From a virus: 35,763 nucleotides of DNA. The position numbers were made by a program, and so were the translations under genes. The notes under the pieces are model-generated. The model did not search any database. It worked only from the letters and a program-made list of their open reading frames with translations, and was not told the origin of the DNA. Location of the stretch: UHGV virus genome UHGV-0260253; one strand, given 5' to 3'. Of this stretch, positions 28,328 to 35,763 are shown in pieces. Within the stretch, counting starts at the first letter, position 1. The number at the start of each line of letters is the position of its first letter.

Positions 28328-28336
28328 GGTTTTAAT
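28308..28336 (+). promoter_or_regulatory. pRM-like promoter for repressor (near-leaderless)
   Basis: TTGTAC-N17-TTTAAT ending 6 nt before the cI ATG at 28343; no SD, consistent with a leaderless transcript as for lambda cI. Confidence 0.4.
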
Positions 28337-28342
28337 TTCGTT

Positions 28343-29017
28343 ATGAAAACAATCCATGACATCCGGCGGTCTAACGCCAGAAAACTGAGAGATGGTGTTG
28401 GAGGGAATTCTTCCTTTGCCACTATGATTGATCGCGAGCCAACCCAGACCAGCAGGTTTATGGGAGATGGTGCTACTAAAAATATCGGTGACAGCATGGC
28501 ACGACACATCGAAAAATGTTTCGACCTGCCTGTCGGATGGCTCGATCAAGAACACCAGACAACGAACATCACAAAAAAACCTGATGTTTCAATCACTAAT
28601 AAACAAATCACATTAGTCCCTGTCATATCATGGGTACAGGCCGGAGCATGGAAAGAAGTTGGATATTCTGAGGTTGATTTGAGCACAGCAGAAACGTATC
28701 CCTGCCCTGTACCCTGTGGGGAAATGACTTATATCTTGCGGGTGATAGGTGATTCAATGATTGATGAGTACCGCCCGGGAGACATGATTTTTGTCGATCC
28801 TGAAGTACCTGCCTGCCACGGTGACGACGTTATTGCATTGATGCACGATACAGGTGAAACCACCTTCAAAAGGTTGATAGAAGATGGGACACAGCGTTAT
28901 CTCAAAGCGTTAAACCCAAACTGGCCTGAGCCTTACATTAAGATCAACGGTAATTGCTCTATAATTGGAACTGTGATTTTCTCAGGAAAACCAAGAAGAT
29001 ACAAAATCAAAGCCTAA
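28343..29017 (+). CDS. CI-like repressor (HTH plus S24 LexA-like peptidase domain)
   Basis: 224 aa; N-terminal HTH (ATKNIGDSMARHIEKCFDLPVGWLD), C-terminal autocleavage motifs VIGDSM (Ser) and TTFKRL (Lys). Confidence 0.85.
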   Translation: MKTIHDIRRSNARKLRDGVGGNSSFATMIDREPTQTSRFMGDGATKNIGDSMARHIEKCFDLPVGWLDQEHQTTNITKKPDVSITNKQITLVPVISWVQAGAWKEVGYSEVDLSTAETYPCPVPCGEMTYILRVIGDSMIDEYRPGDMIFVDPEVPACHGDDVIALMHDTGETTFKRLIEDGTQRYLKALNPNWPEPYIKINGNCSIIGTVIFSGKPRRYKIKA

Positions 29018-29030
29018 TCAATGTTTATGA

Positions 29031-29052
29031 ACCTGCTTCGGCAGGTTTTTTT
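29031..29052 (+). terminator. Rho-independent terminator after repressor gene
   Basis: ACCTGC-TTCG-GCAGGT hairpin followed by TTTTTTT. Confidence 0.6.
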
Positions 29053-29056
29053 ATAC

Positions 29057-29085
29057 TTGACAATGTACCTATGAGATACATAATG
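29057..29085 (+). promoter_or_regulatory. pL-like early promoter with embedded operator
   Basis: TTGACA-N17-ATAATG; spacer contains ATGTACCTATGAGATACAT (29063-29081) and a second ATGTACC at 29083-29089. Confidence 0.55.
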
Positions 29086-29188
29086 TACCCAAGAGAAACA
29101 ACAAACAGGCAGGACGCCCACGAAGTAGCCGCCGGTGGCGTATGAATGACCGGATGATTCGTTAAATACTATGTGTAAGAGAGCGCAA

Positions 29189-29392
29189 ATGAACCGTTAT
29201 TTCACATGCTCGTTTTGTGGCGCAAACGAGCTGCAGGCAAAAAAAATCATCGCCAAAGGCGGAAAAGATGAAGTTGCTATCTGCTCTGAGTGCGTAGTCT
29301 TGTGTGTCGGGGCATTAATCAATATCAGCACAACTATTCAGTTCACACCAAATGAGAATGCGCCTTTAGATGCGCGGAAATCTGGAGGTTAA
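29189..29392 (+). CDS. Small ClpX-type zinc-ribbon protein
   Basis: YFTCSFCGANELQAKKIIAKGGKDEVAICSECV: C-x2-C-x19-C-x2-C with CSFCG, as in the ClpX N-terminal zinc-binding domain (recalled). Start may be 29171 or 29189. Confidence 0.55.
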   Translation: MNRYFTCSFCGANELQAKKIIAKGGKDEVAICSECVVLCVGALINISTTIQFTPNENAPLDARKSGG

Positions 29393-29400
29393 AGAACAAA

Positions 29401-29676
29401 ATGAAAGTCCAGATTTTAAACAATAGTGGTGAAGTCGTTTGGTCATACGACATAGCCGCTCCTGTAGATCAGAGCGGCGATAGCTGGACCAATGGGAAAC
29501 ATCAGATTATGGCTGGAGTTGTGTTCTCTTTACGCCGTGCTTTAGAACAAGCTGAAGTCTTTCCATCAGACCCTGAATGGAAATGGCCTTTTTCTATTTG
29601 TCCAAATTCGGAGAGTACATTTCAGAAAATTGGTCAGAAAGTCGCACTCGAAGAGCATCAGCCAACTGTTTCCTGA
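29401..29676 (+). CDS. Hypothetical early protein (91 aa)
   Basis: Starts 9 nt after previous stop with GGAGG upstream; 3' end overlaps a convergent ORF. Confidence 0.4.
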   Translation: MKVQILNNSGEVVWSYDIAAPVDQSGDSWTNGKHQIMAGVVFSLRRALEQAEVFPSDPEWKWPFSICPNSESTFQKIGQKVALEEHQPTVS

Positions 29677-29839
29677 TTTTTTCAGGTAACTCGTCGGCAT
29701 CGCAGAAACAACAACGCTCGATCATGTTGAAAGCCGATTCGTAGAACTGTTTTTGCTGAGTGTCGCTGAGACAGGAAAAGAGCGACGTTACGATGATTTT
29801 ATTAATTGCATTATCAAGTTCTTTTTCATCAAAAGTCAT
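29594..29839 (-). CDS. Hypothetical protein (81 aa), antisense to early operon
   Basis: AAGGA SD 9 nt upstream of ATG; overlaps the 3' end of the plus-strand ORF by 83 nt. Confidence 0.35.
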   Translation of the reverse strand: MTFDEKELDNAINKIIVTSLFSCLSDTQQKQFYESAFNMIERCCFCDADELPEKIRKQLADALRVRLSDQFSEMYSPNLDK

Positions 29840-30279
29840 TTGATTTTCCTTTTATGTATACGGGCTTAAAAGGATACCACCGAGCCTGAAGTGGTGAAAA
29901 GACAGGCACATAACAGCTAAGTATTTTCAACCAGAGAGAATCCTTAGCGTTGTGGTGAATGCGCAGGCTGATGCGCGAAAGACATTGCAGCTATTGCAGA
30001 AAAGAGCTGTTCGGCGGGGCAATTAAATGCCCGTGAGAGTCTGAAATAACCGCATGCCGGAGATCAGCACCGGTCACCACAACAGCCACTGCTTTGGCGG
30101 TACCAGTTTGTACACTTGCTTCCGGCTGGTACCGCTCTTTTTACAAAACAGAGAAGAGCATCACCGGACGACGAGCTGATAACCCAATCCATCCGGGCGG
30201 CTGCCACCGCAGGTGTTCTTCTCTGTTTTGTGGAGAAACCAACCGACCTTGCAGGGTCGATATGATGAGGAGCAGCAAA

Positions 30280-30642
30280 ATGGCTAGCGAACGCAGTACT
30301 GATGTGCAGGCATTTATCGGGGAGCTGGACGGCGGCGTATTTGAAACCAAAATCGGCGCAGTTCTCAGTGAAGTCGCTTCCGGTGTGATGAACACGAAAA
30401 CCAAAGGTAAGGTCTCACTCAACCTGGAAATCGAACCATTTGATGAGAACCGTGTGAAAATCAAACACAAACTCTCATATGTTCGCCCGACTAACCGCGG
30501 GAAAATTTCCGAAGAAGACACCACCGAAACGCCGATGTATGTCAATCGCGGTGGTCGCCTGACTATTCTGCAGGAAGACCAGGGACAATTACTGACTCTT
30601 GCCGGTGAGCCTGACGGAAAACTACGCGCAGCAGGTCATTAA
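30280..30642 (+). CDS. Hypothetical protein (120 aa, possibly YfdP-like)
   Basis: Start chosen at ATG 30280 (MASERSTDVQ) with GAGGAG SD; the long upstream extension lacks an SD. Confidence 0.45.
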   Translation: MASERSTDVQAFIGELDGGVFETKIGAVLSEVASGVMNTKTKGKVSLNLEIEPFDENRVKIKHKLSYVRPTNRGKISEEDTTETPMYVNRGGRLTILQEDQGQLLTLAGEPDGKLRAAGH

Positions 30643-30707
30643 TATCGTTATTAATAAACTGATTATTTATCTCATCACTGAATATCTTTATATAGTGAGG
30701 ACTTATT

Positions 30708-31532
30708 ATGTCTCAGAACTTAGACGCAACCGCAATTAATCAAATCCATGCCCTTATTTCTGCTCAGGGTGTTAATGAAATTATCAGTAAGATTGGTGCC
30801 GATGCTGTGGCATTGCCTGAGAATTTCCGCATTCATGATCTGGAAAAATTTAATTTAAATCGCTTCCGTTTCCGTGGTGCGCTTTCCACTGCCAGCATCG
30901 ATGACTTTACCCGTTATTCTAAAGATCTTGCAGATGAAGGCACCCGCTGCTTTATCGATGCTGATAATATGCGTGCCGTCAGTGTGCTTAACCTGGGTAC
31001 TATTGATGAACCAGGTCACGCAGATAACACCGCCACTCTCAAACTGAAAAAGACAGCACCGTTCTCTGCTCTGTTGTCTGTTAACGGCGAGCGCAACTCC
31101 CAGAAGTCACAGGCAGAATGGATTGAAGACTGGGCCGACTACCTTGTGGGCTTTGATGCTAATGGTGACGCCATTCAGGCAACAAAAGCGGCTGCGGCAG
31201 TCCGTAAAATCACGATTGAAGCAAACCAGACCGCTGATTTTGAAGATAATGACTTCAGCGGCAAACGCTCCCTGATGGAGTCTGTCGAAGCGAAGACCAA
31301 AGACATTATGCCAGTGGCATTTGAATTTAAATGCGTTCCGTTTGAAGGCCTGAAAGAACGTCCGTTTAAATTACGCCTCAGCATTATCACTGGCGATCGT
31401 CCTGTACTGGTTCTGCGCATTATTCAGCTGGAAGCAGTGCAGGAAGAAATGGCTAACGAATTTCGTGATCTGCTTGTTGAGAAATTCAAAGACAGCAAAG
31501 TAGAAACCTTCATTGGTACTTTCAGCGCCTGA
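30708..31532 (+). CDS. DUF2303-like protein (YfdQ-like)
   Basis: 274 aa, GTGAGGA SD; size and neighbourhood match the CPS-53 yfdQ family as recalled. Confidence 0.5.
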   Translation: MSQNLDATAINQIHALISAQGVNEIISKIGADAVALPENFRIHDLEKFNLNRFRFRGALSTASIDDFTRYSKDLADEGTRCFIDADNMRAVSVLNLGTIDEPGHADNTATLKLKKTAPFSALLSVNGERNSQKSQAEWIEDWADYLVGFDANGDAIQATKAAAAVRKITIEANQTADFEDNDFSGKRSLMESVEAKTKDIMPVAFEFKCVPFEGLKERPFKLRLSIITGDRPVLVLRIIQLEAVQEEMANEFRDLLVEKFKDSKVETFIGTFSA

Positions 31533-31544
31533 TTTCATTACTGC

Positions 31545-31568
31545 AAATGCCCCTGCGGGGGCATTTAT
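31545..31568 (+). terminator. Hairpin (possible attenuator) after DUF2303 gene
   Basis: AAATGCCCC-TGCG-GGGGCATTT perfect 9-bp stem; weak U-tract, so termination efficiency is uncertain. Confidence 0.35.
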
Positions 31569-31659
31569 GGAAACGTAATTAACTCAATAATCGCCGGATG
31601 ATGAGGGCTTCCTTTTACCAAAATTCAGTATGGCGCAGCACATATACGTGGAGAACAAA

Positions 31660-32208
31660 ATGTCATTTATTAAAACTTTTTCCGGGAAGCATTTTTATTA
31701 TGACAAGATAAATAAAGACGACATCGTTATTAACGATATCGCGGTTTCCCTTTCAAATATCTGTCGCTTTGCAGGACATCTTTCACACTTCTACAGCGTC
31801 GCCCAACATGCGGTGCTTTGCAGCCAGCTGGTACCGCAGGAATTTGCTTTTGAAGCGTTAATGCATGATGCAACAGAAGCTTATTGTCAGGACATCCCCG
31901 CGCCACTGAAACGCCTTCTTCCTGACTATAAACAGATGGAAGAAAAAATAGACGCCGTGATCCGTGAGAAATACGGGTTACCCCCGGTGATGAGTACGCC
32001 CGTGAAATATGCCGATCTCATCATGCTGGCAACCGAACGCCGCGATCTCGGGCTTGATGATGGCTCTTTCTGGCCTGTACTGGAAGGCATCCCGGCAACA
32101 GAGATGTTCAACGTGATTCCACTGGCACCGGGCCATGCCTACGGGATGTTTATGGAACGCTTTAAAGAGCTGCATAAGATACATAAACAATCCAGACAGC
32201 GAAATTAA
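31660..32208 (+). CDS. HD-domain phosphohydrolase (YfdR-like)
   Basis: Start at ATG 31660 (MSFIKTFSGK) with GGAGA SD; HD-motif residues SVAQHAV...LMHDATEAY. Confidence 0.65.
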   Translation: MSFIKTFSGKHFYYDKINKDDIVINDIAVSLSNICRFAGHLSHFYSVAQHAVLCSQLVPQEFAFEALMHDATEAYCQDIPAPLKRLLPDYKQMEEKIDAVIREKYGLPPVMSTPVKYADLIMLATERRDLGLDDGSFWPVLEGIPATEMFNVIPLAPGHAYGMFMERFKELHKIHKQSRQRN

Positions 32209-32251
32209 CTAGTGAAATAGTTTTGTAGCAAAAGAAATGAGGTTATCAAAA

Positions 32252-32497
32252 ATGCTTCAAATGCTGACACTTGAGGAATGGGCTACGGAAAAATACAGAA
32301 GTAATCCTCCAAGTGTGTCCACATTGCGTCGTTATGCTAAGCAGAATTTATTTTGTCCACCGGCAATGAAACAAGGTCGACTATGGCGAGTGCGTGAGGA
32401 CGCAGAGTTAGTTGGGGAATTAGTTACTCCTGTCATCAAGAAAAGTGATTCTATTATTCTACAAAGGATTTTAAGTAATGGCAGCCAGACCACGTAA
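32252..32497 (+). CDS. xis: Excisionase, lambda Xis-like
   Basis: MLTLEEWATEKYRSNPPSVSTLRRYAKQNLFCPPAMKQGRLW parallels lambda Xis MYLTLQEWNARQRRPRSLETVRRWVRECRIFPPPVKDGREY (recalled); overlaps int start by 20 nt. Confidence 0.75.
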   Translation: MLQMLTLEEWATEKYRSNPPSVSTLRRYAKQNLFCPPAMKQGRLWRVREDAELVGELVTPVIKKSDSIILQRILSNGSQTT

Positions 32498-33608
32498 AAA
32501 TAATGTTTCAGTCCCGAACTTATATCCGCTCTATAGCAGAAAAGTAAATAAAGTCTATTGGCGATATAAGCATCCAGTGACCGGGAAGTTTCATTCTTTG
32601 GGCACAAACGAAGCTGAAGCCATTGCTATTGCCACTGAGGCCAATACACGCCTGGCTGAGCAAAGAACCCGGCAGATTCTAGCTATCAGTGACAGGATCG
32701 CAACCAGCAAAGGAAAAGCAATCACAACGTCAACCTGGTTAGATCGCTATCAAGCAATCCAGGATGACAGACTGAAAAGTGGCGATATAAAGCTCAACAC
32801 CTATAAACAGAAAGCTAAACCAGTATCCTTGCTCAGGGAACGAGCAGGAATGAAGTTAATTTCATCCGTTGATGTAAGGGATATAGCACAATTGCTTGAC
32901 GAGTATATCACTGCTGGGCAACCGAGGATGGCGCAAGTAGTCCGCTCCGTTCTAATTGATGTATTCAAGGAGGCACAACACTATGGGGAGGTCCCTCCTG
33001 GCTATAATCCAGCATTAGCGACCAAACAGCCCAGAAGAAAAATTACCCGACAACGGTTAAGCCTTGAAGAATGGCAAAAAATCTTTGATATCGCAGATGC
33101 CAGTCATCGTTATATGGGGAATGCCATGCTGTTAGCACTGGTTACCGGTCAGAGGTTAGGTGATATCTCGCGTATGAAATTTAGCGATATTTGGGATGAT
33201 CATCTCCATGTCATCCAGGAAAAAACTGGGAGCAAAATCGCCATCCCGCTTTCCCTGCGTCTCAATGCGATTAACTGGAGTTTGCGAGATGTAGTAGCCC
33301 GCTGCCGTGACTATGCTGTCAGTCCATATCTTGTACATTTTTTTCGCACAACCTCACAGGCTGAACGTGGCGCACAGGTAAAAGCTAATACACTAACGAT
33401 GAACTTTAGCAAGGCGCGTGATCTGGCAAAAATTGATTGGGGTACTGGAACTCCAGCAACTTTTCATGAACAAAGATCTTTATCTGAACGCCTTTACAAG
33501 GAGCAAGGGATAGATACCAGAAAACTGCTGGGCCATAAAACCCAGCAGCAAACCGATCGTTACCATGATGACAGGGGAAAAGATTGGAATAAGTTAGAAT
33601 TAAAATGA
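32478..33608 (+). CDS. int: Tyrosine integrase, lambda family
   Basis: 376 aa, AAGGA SD; C-terminal catalytic region HFFRTT...HEQRSLSERLY...LLGHKT...RY. Confidence 0.9.
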   Translation: MAARPRKNNVSVPNLYPLYSRKVNKVYWRYKHPVTGKFHSLGTNEAEAIAIATEANTRLAEQRTRQILAISDRIATSKGKAITTSTWLDRYQAIQDDRLKSGDIKLNTYKQKAKPVSLLRERAGMKLISSVDVRDIAQLLDEYITAGQPRMAQVVRSVLIDVFKEAQHYGEVPPGYNPALATKQPRRKITRQRLSLEEWQKIFDIADASHRYMGNAMLLALVTGQRLGDISRMKFSDIWDDHLHVIQEKTGSKIAIPLSLRLNAINWSLRDVVARCRDYAVSPYLVHFFRTTSQAERGAQVKANTLTMNFSKARDLAKIDWGTGTPATFHEQRSLSERLYKEQGIDTRKLLGHKTQQQTDRYHDDRGKDWNKLELK

Positions 33609-33626
33609 GGGGGAAAACTCCCCCTC
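33607..33626 (+). terminator. Bidirectional hairpin between convergent int and cargo gene
   Basis: GAGGGGG-AAAACT-CCCCCTC followed by ACTTTTT; overlaps the int stop codon. Confidence 0.55.
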
Positions 33627-33631
33627 ACTTT

Positions 33632-34198
33632 TTAACACACTTCAGAGCCACTTAACTGGAAAGTTATAGGAGATATTTTACCTCTAAACCTATAAGGTTT
33701 GGATAGTAGTAACTTTTCCATAACCCCATTATTAATTACTTTTTTTGCATACTGTTCATCAGTAAGTTCTTTCCCTAAAAAAGAGAATCTATTACATACA
33801 ATCCATATATTAAAATCAGTAATTTTCACATCTTCTTTTAAAAAACTATCAGAAAAACGCTCTTGCATGAAATCGTCTACTGCTGTCTTATACTTGCATC
33901 GTATATTTTCTTCATCTAATCGGGAAACTTTTGCAACATTCTTCAACTCAATTATGTAAAGTGCAAAACGATTATCCCCTCGCTTAATAACTAAAATATT
34001 ATCTGGTGAAGGAGGTGTAATAGGCAACCGAAGCGAATTATAATATGAATCCACAGAAAGATTGATTATTTTTTGGCAATCTAGTTTTCCGTTATCCTGA
34101 TAAAAATCAGCATCCAATTTGACAAACACATTATTTTCTTCGACTTCATCACGAAGTAAAGCAGTTAACTCAGGAGTTGCAAGAATTTTTTCGATCAT
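33632..34198 (-). CDS. Hypothetical protein with PD-(D/E)xK-like motif (candidate nuclease effector)
   Basis: 188 aa, AT-rich, no histidines; PD...(17 aa)...ELK pattern (SPDNILVIKRGDNRFALYIIELK); ATGA-coupled to the upstream ATPase gene. Confidence 0.45.
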   Translation of the reverse strand: MIEKILATPELTALLRDEVEENNVFVKLDADFYQDNGKLDCQKIINLSVDSYYNSLRLPITPPSPDNILVIKRGDNRFALYIIELKNVAKVSRLDEENIRCKYKTAVDDFMQERFSDSFLKEDVKITDFNIWIVCNRFSFLGKELTDEQYAKKVINNGVMEKLLLSKPYRFRGKISPITFQLSGSEVC

Positions 34199-35625
34199 TC
34201 TTTGCCATCCTCGTCTTCCATTTCGTCATTTATAGTTTGAAAGATATCCATCTTTTCATCAAATAACTCATTCGTAGCTGGGCCAAAGTTATTATCCTCA
34301 ATCCCTAACTCATCAATTTCTAGCGGTAAAGCAACACTTCCTGTTCCTGTCTTTTTAAATACTACTGATGATACATTATTTTTATGGATACCTGTCATGC
34401 AGTTCTCAGCAGTGTTCTTAATCACAAGATTATTAACCTTGTTGAATATAAAATTACTATGAGATGTCACAATAAGTTTAACATTTGCATCTATTAATTT
34501 TGCAAATATCTCTGTTAATTTTATTTGAATTTCCGGATGTAAATGAGCTTCTGGTTCTTCAATCATAATTAATGGTTTAGGTTCTGGACGTTTGAATTCC
34601 CTAGCCCCGCTTCCGATGCGTCTCATACCCGATTCGTCAGCTTTAGTAAGCACGTATCTTAAATATGATACAATAGGTGCCAACTCTGAAACCATCGAAG
34701 ATGTTGATGACAACTCTAATCTAAGATTTGTATTATTAGGATAAAAAAGAAGCTGTTTTGTCTGTGGATTAAATTCCACTCTACCATCTAATATTTTATC
34801 TTCTATTTCTTTGGCAAGGATATTTAATTTCTTATCTTCATAGTTCCGTTTAACAACTCTAATATCAGACAACTTAATGAAGTAATCACTAACAGGCTCA
34901 GATATACTTGGCAATTCAATTTTTTTTGATAAGAAAGATCTATTCTTAGATAACTCTGCAATTATTTGACCAAAAGCACTCAGAGCTTGATACAAACCCG
35001 AACGACTTGCTGGCAAATAATGGACACTCTTAAGAGTCGGTGTTAAAATTGTATTAACCATAACCATGAATGTTCTTTGAACAAAGAAGTGATTGTATTC
35101 GCCAATCAATCTGTTTATAGCTTCTTCATAATTATCGTTATTTTCCCTATAATAAATACTGGATGAATTTGCGCCATGGTGAAAAGTTCTATTTCTTTTT
35201 GATTTTTTTATATAAAATTGTTGAGCGTGCTTGATATCACTTACACATAATTTGTTATTTTCGAGTTTTATGTCTACAGATAAATCATTACCAACCAGAC
35301 TGATCTTAGCTGGTTCATTATTAAACTGATTTTGTAGATTGTTAAGTGATACAAATGTATTTGAAAAAGAATTAGTTAACTCTGCTAGTAAATAACTCGC
35401 AAACATATTTTTTATGTCTTCATTCACTAACATTGAAACATTCATATCTGTTTCATCACTTTCTATAAAACCTGCAAATTCTTTCCTCCTTATATCTGAA
35501 GTCATTTCAATATGATCGAAATCAAGATAATAATCGAAGGAATTGATTATATATGAGCGACGTTGTTTTAGTTGCAGTAAAGATTTAACAATTAAATAAA
35601 TTGCGGTTATTGCATATGATTTACC
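34195..35625 (-). pseudogene. ABC-type (OLD/AAA_15-21-like) ATPase, N-terminus disrupted by IS1
   Basis: Frame open upstream of the annotated ATG to the IS1 junction; native residues GKSYAITAIYL (Walker A remnant) abut IS1. Downstream motifs: VHYLPASRS, Walker B LIMIEEPEAHLHP, H-loop LIVTSHS. Confidence 0.65.
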
Positions 35626-35763
35626 GGTGATGCTGCCAACTTACTGATTTAGTGTATGATGGTGTTTTTGAGGTGCTCCAGTGGCTTCTGTTTCTATCAG
35701 CTGTCCCTCCTGTTCAGCTACTGACGGGGTGGTGCGTAACGGCAAAAGCACCGCCGGACATCA
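35626..35763 (+). mobile_element. IS1, insA-proximal end (partial, continues beyond window)
   Basis: GGTGATGCTGCCAACTTACTGATTTAGTGTATGATGGTGTTTTTGAGGTGCTCCAGTGGCTTCTGTTTCTATCAGC... matches the IS1 terminal inverted repeat and insA 5' region as recalled. Confidence 0.85.
35681..35763 (+). CDS. insA: IS1 InsA, N-terminal fragment (truncated by window end)
   Basis: GTG start then [26 protein letters not shown], the InsA zinc-finger N-terminus. Confidence 0.7.
   Translation, partial: MASVSISCPSCSATDGVVRNGKSTAGH

Noticed and set aside
28253-28555. N-terminal 101 codons of the 167-aa minus-strand ORF upstream of cro
   Set aside because: Overlaps the cI start and the operator/promoter region on the opposite strand; the Cro-like domain begins at the internal ATG with a GGAGG SD.
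29840-29920. Promoter for the antisense 81-aa ORF
   Set aside because: Candidate hexamers (TTGAAA, TATACA) have poor spacing or an implausibly short leader; left unannotated.
30094-30279. Upstream extension of the 182-aa ORF (start at 30094)
   Set aside because: No SD at 30094, Cys/Arg-rich translation, and it covers the inverted-repeat region; ATG at 30280 has a GAGGAG SD.
33632-35505. Possibility that the cargo genes are e14 lit-like protease genes
   Set aside because: Neither protein contains an HExxH zinc-protease motif; one has ABC-ATPase motifs and the other has no histidines at all.
1-35763. CRISPR array or rRNA genes
   Set aside because: No regularly spaced direct repeats with unique spacers and no rRNA-like conserved stretches were seen; the only periodic repeats are the origin iterons.

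Overview
This 35.8-kb window is almost entirely one temperate, lambdoid-regulated prophage read mainly on the minus strand, plus an IS1-disrupted cargo cassette at its right end. From left to right: a Mu-like contractile-tail module (tail fibre start, DUF2313, baseplate J, gp46, V, P, N, tape measure, chaperone, tube, sheath), an HK97-type head/packaging module (connector, adaptor, major capsid, prohead protease, portal, large and small terminase, HNH endonuclease), a two-gene AT-rich moron bracketed by terminators, a lysis cassette (holin, lambda R-like endolysin, Rz with embedded Rz1), a late-operon DNA methyltransferase, a pR'/tR' unit and a Q antiterminator, a nin-like region (DUF968/Ref-like, KilA-N, RusA, LexA-DBD-only protein, Dam-like methylase), a replication module (O-like initiator with in-gene iterons), a cro / cI immunity switch with recognisable operators, a rightward pL-like early operon (ClpX-zinc-ribbon protein, DUF2303/HD-domain genes, xis, int). 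Beyond int lies an AT-rich two-gene operon (ABC-type ATPase plus a small PD-(D/E)xK-like protein) whose ATPase P-loop is split by an IS1 insertion; this is the best candidate for an uncharacterised defence-type system. All calls rest on reading the supplied translations and the DNA by eye and on recalled family signatures; no database search was run.
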